Origin: Myxococcota bacterium
GTDB taxonomy: Bacteria; Myxococcota_A; SURF-8
NCBI GenBank assembly: GCA_965140415.1
Contig: OZ223209.1
Location: forward strand, 5,504,001 to 5,568,000
DNA length: 64,000 nt
Direction of reading: 5' to 3'
Both the position numbers and the translations under genes were made by a program. Within the stretch, counting starts at the first letter, position 1, and each line of letters starts with the position of its first letter. This document shows positions 1 through 9,506 of the stretch, piece by piece. The notes beneath the pieces were generated by a model. It saw only the letters and a list, made by a program, of their open reading frames with translations, ran no database searches and was not told the DNA's origin.

Positions 1-1239
1 ACGCTATTTTACACCATGTTCTATCGCAGCCTATTGACTCCGGCGAACATCACTACGCATGCAGGCAGCTATCGCGGCACCGACGGTCAAACGCATCAGG
101 CCGATGGTTACAGCCATTACCACGGCTGGTCGCTGTGGGATACCTATCGCAACAAATTCGCCTTGATATCCTTGCAGAATCCGGTGCGCAGCGGGGAAAT
201 CATGCAGTCGTTGGTCGATGTCTACCAACAAGGCAAAGCGGCTTGGTCCACCGAACACGAACCCTACCCAAATGTCCGCACCGAGCACGCAGCATCGCTG
301 TTATTGGATGCATCCCGCAAGCACATCGAAGGTTTTTCGCTGGCCGATGCCTACGAAGCGATCCTCGCCGAAGCGGAAACGCTGCCGCTGGACAGCCCCG
401 ACAAGCACCTGGAAAGTTCCTTCGACCGCTGGGTAATCGCCCAGATCGCAAAAGAGTTGAATGATACCCCGCGCTACGAAGAGTTCTCTGCGCTTGCCAA
501 AGAGTATGAGAACGTCTGGCGCGATACCTTCCAAACGCTTGGAGACGATGCGGACGTCATGCACGCACGCGGGCTGTATGAAGGCACACTCTGGCAGTAT
601 CGCTGGGCGGTGGTCCACGATATCCGGGGAATGATCGAACTGGATGGCGGCTCGGCTGCGTTTTTACAGAATCTCACCCAATTTTTCGAGCAGGAATTGT
701 ACAATCACGGTAACGAGCCGGACATTCACACGCCGTTTTTATTCCATTACGTCGGCGCGCCGTGGAAATCGCAGCACCTCGTTTATTCGTTGATGGCCGA
801 GGAAGTGAACCAATGGTACGGCACGCACGAAAAATGGAGCGAGCCGTTTCACGGGCGTATTTACCGCGCCCAGCCCGAGGGCCTGATTCCCGAAATGGAC
901 GACGACGACGGCACGATGGCGGCCTGGTTCGTACTTGCGGCCATTGGCCTGTACCCGGTGACGATCGGCCAGCCGATCTATACGCTGACCACGCCGCTAT
1001 TTGAAAAGATCGTCCTGCACCCGGACGAAAACACCGCCTTCACCATCCTCGCTCCCGGCGTGTCCCCGGAGCGGCGCTACATCCAGTCTGCGACATTGAA
1101 CGGCGAAGCGCTTACCCGCGCCTGGCTGCATCACGATGACATCCGCAACGGAGGCGAGTTGCGCCTGGAGTTGGGAACGACTCCCAACAAGCAATGGGGC
1201 AGCGCCGCAACGGATGCACCACCCTCGGCGTTCGAGTAG
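1..1239 (+). CDS. Glycoside hydrolase family 92 (alpha-1,2-mannosidase-like), C-terminal part; 5' end lies before the window
   Basis: Frame is open from base 1. GH92-type motifs WSLWDTYR, YEGTLWQYRW, YNHGNEPDIH, DDDDGTMAAWFV, YIQSATLNG. Confidence 0.9.
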   Translation, partial: TLFYTMFYRSLLTPANITTHAGSYRGTDGQTHQADGYSHYHGWSLWDTYRNKFALISLQNPVRSGEIMQSLVDVYQQGKAAWSTEHEPYPNVRTEHAASLLLDASRKHIEGFSLADAYEAILAEAETLPLDSPDKHLESSFDRWVIAQIAKELNDTPRYEEFSALAKEYENVWRDTFQTLGDDADVMHARGLYEGTLWQYRWAVVHDIRGMIELDGGSAAFLQNLTQFFEQELYNHGNEPDIHTPFLFHYVGAPWKSQHLVYSLMAEEVNQWYGTHEKWSEPFHGRIYRAQPEGLIPEMDDDDGTMAAWFVLAAIGLYPVTIGQPIYTLTTPLFEKIVLHPDENTAFTILAPGVSPERRYIQSATLNGEALTRAWLHHDDIRNGGELRLELGTTPNKQWGSAATDAPPSAFE

Positions 1240-1253
1240 AGATATCCCCTAAA

Positions 1254-2579
1254 CTACCCGCCCGGCAGTTCATGTTCGACGCGGGTGAAGAGGTCTTCGA
1301 TGGTTTCTCGCTCCACGGAAGATTCGTATATCCCGGCGCTTAATGTCAGGCTGCCGCGATAGCCGGAGAGACCGAAAAAGCTGAAAGGCGGTACGGCGGG
1401 CGGCACGATCACCTCCGCCCGCGACACCGGCGCATCCCCGAAATTCAGGCGCGCTTCGTCGATAGGCCCCAGGTTCGTCAATCCGATTGGCTGGTTGCCG
1501 TTGCGTGCGCCGTAGAGAAACAACATGTTGGCAATCCAGCGCTTGAGGAAATACGGATAGGGCGCGACCATCACGAACATCCCCATCAGATACGACAAGC
1601 CGAAATAGTCCTGCTTGGCTTCCCGGGTCGAGCGCGTAATGCCCGCCAGCGTCTGCGCGAAGTCCCTTCCGGGATCGCCCTCCAATAAAGCCAGCATGAA
1701 GCCGCTCAGGTTGCACAACGCCTCGGCGCGACGCCCCGGCAAATAGCGGCGACAGTCGACCGTGCCCAATACGCGCAGGGCCGAGTCGCCGTCCCAGCCG
1801 CGTTGCCCAATCACCGCTCGCAATAAGGCGGTCACCAGCAGATCGTTCAAGGTGGCTTCGTGCGGCCTGGCCCACTCGGTCAATCGACTCACGCGACGCT
1901 CGGAAAGCCGCCGCAGCGTAAAGAGCGGACGTCCCTGCTTTTCCGGGCCTACCGGATAGCCGAGACTTTTAAAGGGCGAGAGGCTGCGCTTCTCGTCGTA
2001 CAGGAAGCGGCGCAGGATACCGAGCTTCTGAAAGAAAGAGAAACGATTGAAGAGCTGTCGCATGCTGCGACGCCCCCGGTTGACTTGCGGAATATAGGCG
2101 GCGTTTTGTCCCAACTCGCGGTAGATCTCCGCCAGCAGGTAGGCGAAAGCCTTGGTGCCTCCGGCATCGACGACCTGGTGATTGATCTTGAAGTTGAGCC
2201 GGTCACCCTTCTGCCCCGGAAGAATCTGCGCCCGAACCTGCGGGCCGATGTCGCCGCGCATTTCCTCGGAGAGAAAACGGCGCGTGTGGCGCTCGTCGAT
2301 GGTCTCAGCCTCTTCGACGACTTCCAACGGGGCGAATGTATCCAACTCCGCGTCGGAAACCCGTCGCCAGTAAGGCACGATCCAGCGCGGCACATAGCGG
2401 CAACCCAGCACCGGTTCGGCATCCAGCGTCAATCGCAACGCGCGTTGCAGCCGCTCGCGGTCCAGTTCGCCTTCCAGATCCATGCTCATCTGGATCTGCG
2501 GTTCCCAGACGGAAGACATCGACCAGTTGGCGTTGTCCAGAAAGCACGCGCGCAGGCGGCGGGGAATTTCGGTCGTCAT
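1254..2579 (-). CDS. Stand-alone condensation-domain / CoA-dependent acyltransferase (PapA5/alcohol acetyltransferase-like)
   Basis: 441 aa; HxxxDG-type motif (NHQVVDAGG), TLNDLLVTALLRA, VDCRRYL and TNLG segments typical of the CAT/condensation fold. Confidence 0.75.
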   Translation of the reverse strand: MTTEIPRRLRACFLDNANWSMSSVWEPQIQMSMDLEGELDRERLQRALRLTLDAEPVLGCRYVPRWIVPYWRRVSDAELDTFAPLEVVEEAETIDERHTRRFLSEEMRGDIGPQVRAQILPGQKGDRLNFKINHQVVDAGGTKAFAYLLAEIYRELGQNAAYIPQVNRGRRSMRQLFNRFSFFQKLGILRRFLYDEKRSLSPFKSLGYPVGPEKQGRPLFTLRRLSERRVSRLTEWARPHEATLNDLLVTALLRAVIGQRGWDGDSALRVLGTVDCRRYLPGRRAEALCNLSGFMLALLEGDPGRDFAQTLAGITRSTREAKQDYFGLSYLMGMFVMVAPYPYFLKRWIANMLFLYGARNGNQPIGLTNLGPIDEARLNFGDAPVSRAEVIVPPAVPPFSFFGLSGYRGSLTLSAGIYESSVERETIEDLFTRVEHELPGG

Positions 2580-2689
2580 GCTGCTTCTCCGACTAGCAAA
2601 ATGTGTAGATTGTTTACTGTAGCAAATCGCGGGAACTTGTCAACGAAGGGAACGAATCCGCCACGGCGATTCAATTCTGCCTTCCCATG

Positions 2690-2758
2690 TTGGAGCAGCG
2701 GTTCCTGCCCTGCTTCAATTGTTTGTCCCGTTGGAGCAGGGCTCCCGTCCTGCTCCAA
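2690..2758. repeat. Two tandem REP-like palindromes (TTGGAGCAG...CTGCT(C/T)CAA family)
   Basis: Hairpins at 2690-2718 and 2731-2758; related copies at 5633-5657 and 14115-14140. Confidence 0.8.
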
Positions 2759-2833
2759 GTGTTTGTCTTCATGGTAGGAAAAGGAGCCCCAACCGAAAAA
2801 TCAAGGTTCAAGACAGTAGCCTTGAACCATCTC

Positions 2834-2862
2834 TTGGTAACCGCGCCCGTCGTAAGTGTCAA
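2834..2862 (-). promoter_or_regulatory. Putative sigma70-type promoter facing the acyltransferase gene
   Basis: TTGACA-17 bp-TACCAA on the minus strand. Confidence 0.45.
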
Positions 2863-2916
2863 GGTCCATAAACAACTACCGCACTCGATCCATACAAAGG
2901 TGTTAAGCGAAAGACC

Positions 2917-2944
2917 TTGACTGCCGTGCCCACTGGGTTACAAT
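2917..2944 (+). promoter_or_regulatory. Putative sigma70-type promoter of the protease/lipoprotein operon
   Basis: TTGACT-16 bp-TACAAT. Confidence 0.55.
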
Positions 2945-3041
2945 CGGAGCATACTTGGATCGTGTCCGAAAGGCCCGAAAACAAAGGTCAAGGCGGGTAG
3001 TTACCTGCTTATCGGAAGGATTCGGTAGAAGGGAGGACGCC

Positions 3042-4082
3042 ATGCGGCGGTTGCAAGTCGGGCTATTAGCCGGACTTTTCATTTTATTGACTGCTCGCCT
3101 GCTGTTCGCGCAGCAATCGGATTTCGTCGCGCTATACGAGCGCTCCGCCGAATCCGTGGTATATGTAGTCGCCTATTTCGACGACACCCGTGGGCAGAGC
3201 GGCACCGGCTTCATTATCAACGAAACCGGCGAAATTTTAACGAACCGTCACGTCATCGTCGATGAAAAGACACGCAAAATCGCCCGCCGGGTATTGGTGT
3301 ATTACAAACCGACATTCATCAGCGGTCGCAGCCAGGAGGATTTGACCCGCCGTACGGATGCAACGGTCGTTCAGCAAAGCAAAAAGCTGGATCTGGCGAT
3401 CCTGAAACCCGAGCAGCTCGTCAAAACAGTCAAGGCGCTGCCCTTTGCGCCACCGGAAGAAATCAAAGTCGGCTTGGATGCGGCGGCTATTGGACATCCT
3501 TTGGGCGGCTCGCTCTGGTCGTTAACGACCGGACGTATTTCGGGGCGGCTGCGCGATTACAACTCGGTGCGCGGCTTGACCATGTTGCAAATGGAAACCT
3601 CCATCAATCCGGGCAATTCCGGTGGACCGCTGCTGGATCTGCAAGGGCGCGTTCTGGGTGTCAACACGATGACCGTGCGCGGTAAAGACAATGAGTTTGC
3701 CATCCAGGACATCAACTTCGCCGTCGAAGCCAAAGTCACAACCGACTGGCTGAGCTCGGTAAAAATTGCCTGGAAAAAAGGGGCGGTCACGCAAACGGCT
3801 ATCAAAACCGAACCTGCTGCGGCAAAAACCGAAACGGCGAAAACCAAGGCTCCGGCCAAACCGGAACAAGCCGCAGCGCCATCGATTTCCGGAAAAGTCT
3901 ACCCGGCTTCGGAAATGCAGAAACTGATGCAGCAGCTAGACGAATTCAGCGGGAAAAAGCCGTCTTTCAAAACGAAGAAACAGCCGCAAAAGACAACGAA
4001 TGAAACAGCTAAAGAAAAAACGATGGAAGAGGAAATGAAAGAATTCGTAGACGAGCAGAAAAAAGAACTGGATCAACCCTGA
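3042..4082 (+). CDS. Secreted trypsin-like serine protease (S1C/HtrA-like catalytic domain, no PDZ)
   Basis: GGAGG RBS before ATG 3042; signal peptide; catalytic triad motifs ILTNRHVI, DLAIL, INPGNSGGPL; Lys/Ala/Glu-rich tail instead of a PDZ domain. Confidence 0.88.
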   Translation: MRRLQVGLLAGLFILLTARLLFAQQSDFVALYERSAESVVYVVAYFDDTRGQSGTGFIINETGEILTNRHVIVDEKTRKIARRVLVYYKPTFISGRSQEDLTRRTDATVVQQSKKLDLAILKPEQLVKTVKALPFAPPEEIKVGLDAAAIGHPLGGSLWSLTTGRISGRLRDYNSVRGLTMLQMETSINPGNSGGPLLDLQGRVLGVNTMTVRGKDNEFAIQDINFAVEAKVTTDWLSSVKIAWKKGAVTQTAIKTEPAAAKTETAKTKAPAKPEQAAAPSISGKVYPASEMQKLMQQLDEFSGKKPSFKTKKQPQKTTNETAKEKTMEEEMKEFVDEQKKELDQP

Positions 4083-4151
4083 TCGATTGATAAAAAGACT
4101 ACAGGTATCGGCTACAATGCCGGAGTTTGATTTCACTGGAGAGGATAGAAG

Positions 4152-4727
4152 ATGAATCGTACAAGTAAGGTGCTGGGTTTTGGATTGATTGCCGGACTGA
4201 TCGGCGGATTGCTTTTATTGGGTTGCGCACAACGCGAAGTGCGGCCACCGGCTCCGGCTGAGATGCCGGATTGGTGCACGATGACCTCCGGATTGGCAAC
4301 GGATGTCGATCGCGGGAAAGTGGTCGTCGGCGTGGGTTCCGTCAGCGGCATTAAAAGCCCAACCATGGCGCGCACCAACTCGGATGGCGCGGCACGCACC
4401 GAAATCGCCAAGCTGTTCAACACCTACGCGGAGAATATGCTGTCTGATTACAAAGACTTCACCGACGAGCAGGGCAACCGCACCACGGATGAGGAACTGA
4501 CCCAGGCCACGGCGATCTTCTCGAAAATGAACGTACGCCGGGCGCCCATCGAGGATCGCTACGTCGATGAGGAAACCAACACCTGGTATTCGATGGCGGT
4601 GCTGCCTTTCGATCAGTTTCTAACGCTTGTGCAAAGCAACGGAGAACTGAGCGACCGGCTGAAAGCTTTCTTTAGCAGCGAAGGCACCAAGGTTTGCAAG
4701 GAATTGCAGGCCCACGAACCGAAATAA
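4152..4727 (+). CDS. LPP20-family lipoprotein
   Basis: Lipobox LLLGC; PxW motif, VGVGS, and ARTNSDGAARTEIAK segment typical of LPP20. Confidence 0.75.
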   Translation: MNRTSKVLGFGLIAGLIGGLLLLGCAQREVRPPAPAEMPDWCTMTSGLATDVDRGKVVVGVGSVSGIKSPTMARTNSDGAARTEIAKLFNTYAENMLSDYKDFTDEQGNRTTDEELTQATAIFSKMNVRRAPIEDRYVDEETNTWYSMAVLPFDQFLTLVQSNGELSDRLKAFFSSEGTKVCKELQAHEPK

Positions 4728-4762
4728 GGCGAATCGAGAACATTCCAATCGTGGAGGTAGTG

Positions 4763-5380
4763 ATGCAACGATCCTGGAATTACATCCTGATGATCACCCT
4801 GTTGGCGATGCTGCTGGCCGTCGGTTGCGCCAGCGGGAAACGCGTCTCGCGCGTGGCAGCGGATAAGCAGGTGGACCTTTCCGGACGCTGGAACGATACC
4901 GACTCGCAGCAAGTCGGCACGGCCATCGTGACCGATTGTCTGAGCCAACCTTGGCTGGAAGTCTACAAATCCGAGCATAACGGCAAACGGCCCGTGGTGA
5001 TCGTCGGCACGGTCGTCAATAAAAGCCATGAGCACATCAACGTGGAAACCTTCATCAAGGATATCGAACGCGCCCTGATCAACTCGCAGAAAGTGCGTTT
5101 CGTTTCTTCGCGCAGCGAACGTGGCGAAATCCGCCAGGAACGCAGCGATCAGCACCAGGGCTACACCGACGAAAGCACCCGCGCGGGCGTGGGGCAGGAA
5201 GTCGGCGCAGACTTCATGCTCAAAGGCTCGCTAAACAGCATTCCCGATGAAATCGACAGCCACAAGGTGATGTACTATCAGACCGATTTGGAACTGCACA
5301 ACCTCACCACCAACGAAGTCGTCTGGATCGGCCAGCACAAAATCAAGAAGATCATCGACCGCGACAGCGTGCGGTGGTGA
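4763..5380 (+). CDS. lpoB: Penicillin-binding protein activator LpoB-family lipoprotein
   Basis: GGAGG RBS; lipobox LAVGC; DLSGRWNDTDS, NKSHEHI, GADFMLKG and YYQTDLEL...EVVWIG motifs of the LpoB/COG3417 family. Confidence 0.8.
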   Translation: MQRSWNYILMITLLAMLLAVGCASGKRVSRVAADKQVDLSGRWNDTDSQQVGTAIVTDCLSQPWLEVYKSEHNGKRPVVIVGTVVNKSHEHINVETFIKDIERALINSQKVRFVSSRSERGEIRQERSDQHQGYTDESTRAGVGQEVGADFMLKGSLNSIPDEIDSHKVMYYQTDLELHNLTTNEVVWIGQHKIKKIIDRDSVRW

Positions 5381-5393
5381 CCTTAAGTTGTCC

Positions 5394-5694
5394 GTCGGAC
5401 AAAAAAATTGTTCGACCTACTCTGAGGCTGTTCATCGAGCAATCGAGGTGTGCCATGGTCTCACGGAATGGAAATTCCGGGAGGCCGTGTGTAACTTATT
5501 GAAGACACACAGTAACCGTAGGTCGGGCAGATTCTGCCCGACACAGATTGCTATTCATCATTAGCAATGTCTTTTTGTAGAATAGTAGGATGGGCATTTG
5601 TCATGCCCATCTTCAGAGTTATAACTCAGCGATGGAGCAGGATTTCATCCTGCTCCAAAACGTTACGCGCGGGGTACAATCCCGCTCGATCTTA
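5394..5694. repeat. Mosaic of REP-like palindromes (BIME-like cluster)
   Basis: GTAG-preceded hairpins at 5394-5420 (minus strand), 5518-5542 and 5585-5611; GGAGCAGG hairpin at 5633-5657; 5657-5694 is shared with 29085-29122. Confidence 0.8.
5430..5512 (+). repeat. Dispersed structured element, copy 1 (3'-truncated)
   Basis: CATCGAGCAATCGAGGTGTGCCATGGTCTCACGGAATGGAAATTCCGGGAGGCCGTGTGTAAC matches the copies at 25.1, 51.7 and 53.9 kb. Confidence 0.9.
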
Positions 5695-5713
5695 TTGACA
5701 GGAAGGAAACATC

Positions 5714-7210
5714 GTGTTTCGGAATCCGGCACATGCGCTGGCAACCGTCTTTTACGCCGGTTGTCTGGCCCTGCTGCTAGCTTCGTGCGCAACACACGCC
5801 GAATTGCGACGCGGCATGGTCGATCAGGTGCGAGCGGGAGAATACGAACGCGCACAAGGCCAACAGGAAAAGCTCGTAAAGGATTCCTCCAAAAAAGATC
5901 GCGTCATGGACCTGATGGATCGCGGCATGCTGCTGCATCTGCGTGGTGATTATGCAGCAAGCAATCGCGCATTGACGGCGGCGGCAGACGAAATCGACCG
6001 ATTGTTCGGGGTGTCGGTTTCCGATGAATTGGCGGCATTGGCCTGGAATGAAGCCTCGCGAGCGTTTGTCGGTGAGGAATTCGAGCGCATCATGGTGCAC
6101 TTAATCATGGCATTTAACTACTTGCACCTTAACAAGTTAGAAGACGCCGCCGTCGAGGCGCGTATCATCAACCAGAAATTACAGGTTTACACGGATCGAC
6201 TGGCTAAAAACAATGTCAAAACCGCCTACAAACAAGATCCATTCGCCCAGTTTCTTGCCGGGCTGATTCACGAAGCTTTCGGCGATTTGAACGCGGCTTT
6301 TCGCAGCTATGAAGACGCGTATCAGGGATATCTGACGTTGAAAAATGTAACCAACGTGACTCCGCCGAATTCGCTGACCGCGTCGTTATTACGCAGCGCG
6401 CGCTCGCTTGGATATGCCGAAGCAATCGAAAAATATGAACCATTATTCAGTAATCAGCCTTTATCCGAGCCGCAAGCATGGCAAAACAAGGGACGTTTGG
6501 TGGTCATCGCCGGGCTAGGTGAAGTAGCGCACAAGCGTTCGAAAAAATGGCGCATTCCCGATATTCAGGGCGATATCGTGGCGGTGACCTACCCGGAGTT
6601 CGAGCGCGGCAGCTTCTTCGCGAAAAAGGCGGAAGTGACCGTTTCCGGCGTCAGAACCGACATGACGCGCGCGCAGGACTTGAGTACACTGGCAATTCGC
6701 GAGTTAGACAGCAAAAACGCCCAGGTCAAAGGACGCGCCGTCGCCAAGGCGCTGGCCTCCTACGCGGTGAAAAAAGCGGCGAAAATCGCCTATTACAAGT
6801 CGGACAACCAAGCCGTCAAGGCCGTGTCTTTATTGGCGAATATCGCCATGAACGTCAAGGATTTCGTGGAGGAAGCAGACACCCGCAGCTGGATGACGCT
6901 ACCGGATCATTACCGCATTGCGGTGATTCCGGTTAAGCCGGGTTTACACAAGGTTACCGTCCACATCGAAGGCCATGGTGGACTGGTAGATACCCAGTCA
7001 TTTCAACTAGATATCCCATCCGGTGAAACGCGTTTTCTGGTCGTTCGCGGGCGCGAAGGGGCCAATCCGGACGATCCGGCGCAACCACTGCCGGAAACCG
7101 CCTCCAAAGGCAGGCGGGTCAGCAGTAGGTTGCGGCAGCCGGCAGCAGCATACCGGACAGAATATGACCTGCCTTGGGAAGCGAGGTATACATGCATAAG
7201 TTGCGAATAA
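5714..7210 (+). CDS. COG3014-like TPR/helical-repeat lipoprotein
   Basis: Lipobox LLASC; GDYAASN, GEEFERIM...NYL and EEADTRSWMTLP motifs typical of the family found next to lpoB. Confidence 0.75.
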   Translation: MFRNPAHALATVFYAGCLALLLASCATHAELRRGMVDQVRAGEYERAQGQQEKLVKDSSKKDRVMDLMDRGMLLHLRGDYAASNRALTAAADEIDRLFGVSVSDELAALAWNEASRAFVGEEFERIMVHLIMAFNYLHLNKLEDAAVEARIINQKLQVYTDRLAKNNVKTAYKQDPFAQFLAGLIHEAFGDLNAAFRSYEDAYQGYLTLKNVTNVTPPNSLTASLLRSARSLGYAEAIEKYEPLFSNQPLSEPQAWQNKGRLVVIAGLGEVAHKRSKKWRIPDIQGDIVAVTYPEFERGSFFAKKAEVTVSGVRTDMTRAQDLSTLAIRELDSKNAQVKGRAVAKALASYAVKKAAKIAYYKSDNQAVKAVSLLANIAMNVKDFVEEADTRSWMTLPDHYRIAVIPVKPGLHKVTVHIEGHGGLVDTQSFQLDIPSGETRFLVVRGREGANPDDPAQPLPETASKGRRVSSRLRQPAAAYRTEYDLPWEARYTCISCE

Positions 7211-8190
7211 CTCTGCTGTTATTTACCATGCTGGTCTGTTTCAGTTGCGCCCACGCACCCGAACGCCCGGAGTGGATCAGCGGTAAAATTCCGGCGAAAT
7301 ATCCCGATGCACGCTTCCTCAGTGCCACCGGGCAGGCGGGCGATGCGCAAACCGCCAAAGATCGAGCCCGACTGGAAATCGCCAAACAGATCCGAGTAAC
7401 GGTATCCCAGGATTATTCGGTCAATCGCCAGGAAAGTAGCTGGCTGGATCATACCAACATTCAGGATATCACCCGCACCAGCGTAAACGAGACACTGCAA
7501 GGCGTTGAAATCCGTGAACTTTTCGAAGATACCAACACCGGACAGGTGCATGCCCTGGCGGTCTTGGAACGCAAAGCAGCGGCGGTGCGACTTCAAAAAG
7601 AAGTGGTGGAACTGGATGGCGAATTGAAAACGCGCATGCGCATCGCCGGACAAGCAAACGACGCGCTGAAAAAACTTGGTCCGCTGCTTCAAGCGCGAGA
7701 TTTGATGCAACAACGAAACGTAAAAAACGATCAACTGGCGGTGATCAATATCAGCGGGCGAGGCGTTGACGCAGATACAAATCTGACTGAAATCGATGCG
7801 GAGCTGGATCGAACGCTGGCAGCGATCAAGGTCGTCGTTCAAGTCAACGGCGCGGATAGCGCTCGCATCACCCAGGCGATTGTACGCAGTTTGAACAATG
7901 GCCACTTGAACGTGCAGCAAAATGAAAGCGGTGCAAGCCTGGCCATACGCGGCGAAATTCGCGAAATTGCCACCGACAAAGCCAACCAGACCGAGTTCGT
8001 TTTCGCAAAAATGCGGGCGACGATCCACCTGGTCAATATGCAGGACGGTGCGACTTTCGCAACGATCGAACACGAACTGCGCGACGGAGCCAAGTCCTAT
8101 GCCGATGCGCGGAGAAAGGTGCTCGATCGCTTAAGCGAAGCCATCGTGTCCGATTTCAATACGCGCCTTTACCAATATCTAAGCCTGTAG
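7192..8190 (+). CDS. LPP20-family lipoprotein with C-terminal extension
   Basis: GAGG RBS and ATG at 7192; lipobox VCFSC; RPEWI...YP..RFLSATG...AKDRARLEIAKQI motif. Confidence 0.75.
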   Translation: MHKLRITLLLFTMLVCFSCAHAPERPEWISGKIPAKYPDARFLSATGQAGDAQTAKDRARLEIAKQIRVTVSQDYSVNRQESSWLDHTNIQDITRTSVNETLQGVEIRELFEDTNTGQVHALAVLERKAAAVRLQKEVVELDGELKTRMRIAGQANDALKKLGPLLQARDLMQQRNVKNDQLAVINISGRGVDADTNLTEIDAELDRTLAAIKVVVQVNGADSARITQAIVRSLNNGHLNVQQNESGASLAIRGEIREIATDKANQTEFVFAKMRATIHLVNMQDGATFATIEHELRDGAKSYADARRKVLDRLSEAIVSDFNTRLYQYLSL

Positions 8191-8208
8191 CAGCACGGTT
8201 CAAGCATT

Positions 8209-9297
8209 ATGGTCCAACGACGTCACGACAACTTTCACTGGCCTCTTTTTCTAAGCGCCTTGGCGATTCTGGCAATCGGGCTGGTGAATCTGTTCAGCGC
8301 CACACACACGAGCCATCCCGGATATTTCTTTTCTCAATTGATCTGGGCCGTGGTGGCGATTCTGGCGGGAACGGTGATCTACGCCGTCGATTATCGCATT
8401 CACGAACGACTGGCCACCTTCCTGTTTATCGCAGGCGTCGTTTTATTGGTGCTGGTATTTCTCAACCGCCCTATCGGCGGCAGTCGACGTTGGGTGATTC
8501 TGGGACCGGCGCGCCTGCAACCTTCCGAATTGATGAAGGTGCTGCTTGCACTGATGCTGGCGAAATACTTCCACAACCGCCCGACCCCCGAACAGGGATA
8601 CACCATTTTCAACCTGCGCATGTTCTGGGTGATTCTGTTCGCCCCGGTATTGCTGGTCTTATTGGAACCGGATCTGGGTACGGCATTAATGCTGGGCTTT
8701 ATCGGTTTCACCATCCTGATGTTCGTCAAACTGCGCCCACGTACAATCCTGATCTTGCTGTTGATCGCCACCATTTCCATTCCAATCGCCTGGAATTTCG
8801 TTTTGAAGCCCTACCAGAAACAGCGCATCATGACTCTCTTCGATCCCGATTCCGACCCGCGCGGCACTGGCTATCACCGAAGACAGTCAATCATCGCGGT
8901 GGGTAGCGGACAGATGACCGGCAAGGGATTTCAAAACGGAACGCAAACGCAACTGCGCTTTCTACCCGAACAGCACACGGACTTCATTTTCTCCGTGTGG
9001 GCGGAGGAACAGGGCTTTGTAGGAAGTGCAGGATTACTGATACTCTACCTGATCATGATTATGTCAGGCATCCACATAGCCAGCAAGGCGCGGGAGAAAT
9101 TCGGGGCGATTCTCGCCGTGGGTGTGACCAGCATCATATTCTGGCAGGTGCTGGTGAACATCGGCATGGTGATCGGCGTACTGCCGGTGGTGGGTGTCAC
9201 GCTTCCCCTGATGAGCTACGGCGGAACATCCCTGGTCGTGAGCCTGATCTGCATCGGCGTATTGTTGAATATCTACGCGCGCAGGCGGCTGTTCTGA
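8209..9297 (+). CDS. rodA: Rod shape-determining SEDS glycosyltransferase RodA
   Basis: About 10 TM helices; GSRRWV, QPSELMK, EPDLGTA, KPYQKQRI, FLPEQHTDFIFS, GVTLPLMSYGG. Confidence 0.95.
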   Translation: MVQRRHDNFHWPLFLSALAILAIGLVNLFSATHTSHPGYFFSQLIWAVVAILAGTVIYAVDYRIHERLATFLFIAGVVLLVLVFLNRPIGGSRRWVILGPARLQPSELMKVLLALMLAKYFHNRPTPEQGYTIFNLRMFWVILFAPVLLVLLEPDLGTALMLGFIGFTILMFVKLRPRTILILLLIATISIPIAWNFVLKPYQKQRIMTLFDPDSDPRGTGYHRRQSIIAVGSGQMTGKGFQNGTQTQLRFLPEQHTDFIFSVWAEEQGFVGSAGLLILYLIMIMSGIHIASKAREKFGAILAVGVTSIIFWQVLVNIGMVIGVLPVVGVTLPLMSYGGTSLVVSLICIGVLLNIYARRRLF

Positions 9298-9337
9298 AGT
9301 GTTTTTGTCTACGAAACTTTTACGAATTGATTGAGTG

Positions 9338-9496
9338 GCATGGGCTAACCGCAGGTTGCCCATGTGCTGGAACAAGAACACGGGCAAGCTCTGTTTCACT
9401 CCGCTTGGCCACGTGCCACCCTTTTTCTGGGCCACCCGTCCTACTACTGAAAAGATGGGCATGACAAATGCCCATCCTTGTCTGTGTCTACTCCAA
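9338..9496. repeat. REP-like palindrome cluster between convergent genes
   Basis: 9452-9478 is the exact reverse complement of 5587-5613 (27 bp); additional hairpin CATGGGC...GCCCATG at 9339-9364. Confidence 0.75.
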
Positions 9497-9506
9497 TAGA
9501 TAATAC

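Noticed and set aside
2805-2828. GGTTCAAG/CTTGAACC hairpin as part of 6S RNA
   Set aside because: The arm order is reversed relative to E. coli 6S, and no ~180-nt rod structure surrounds it.
7060-7210. Possible frameshift at the end of the COG3014-like gene
   Set aside because: The tail is low-complexity and overlaps the next gene by 19 bp, but there is no slippery site or second frame with similarity; it looks like an ordinary extension.
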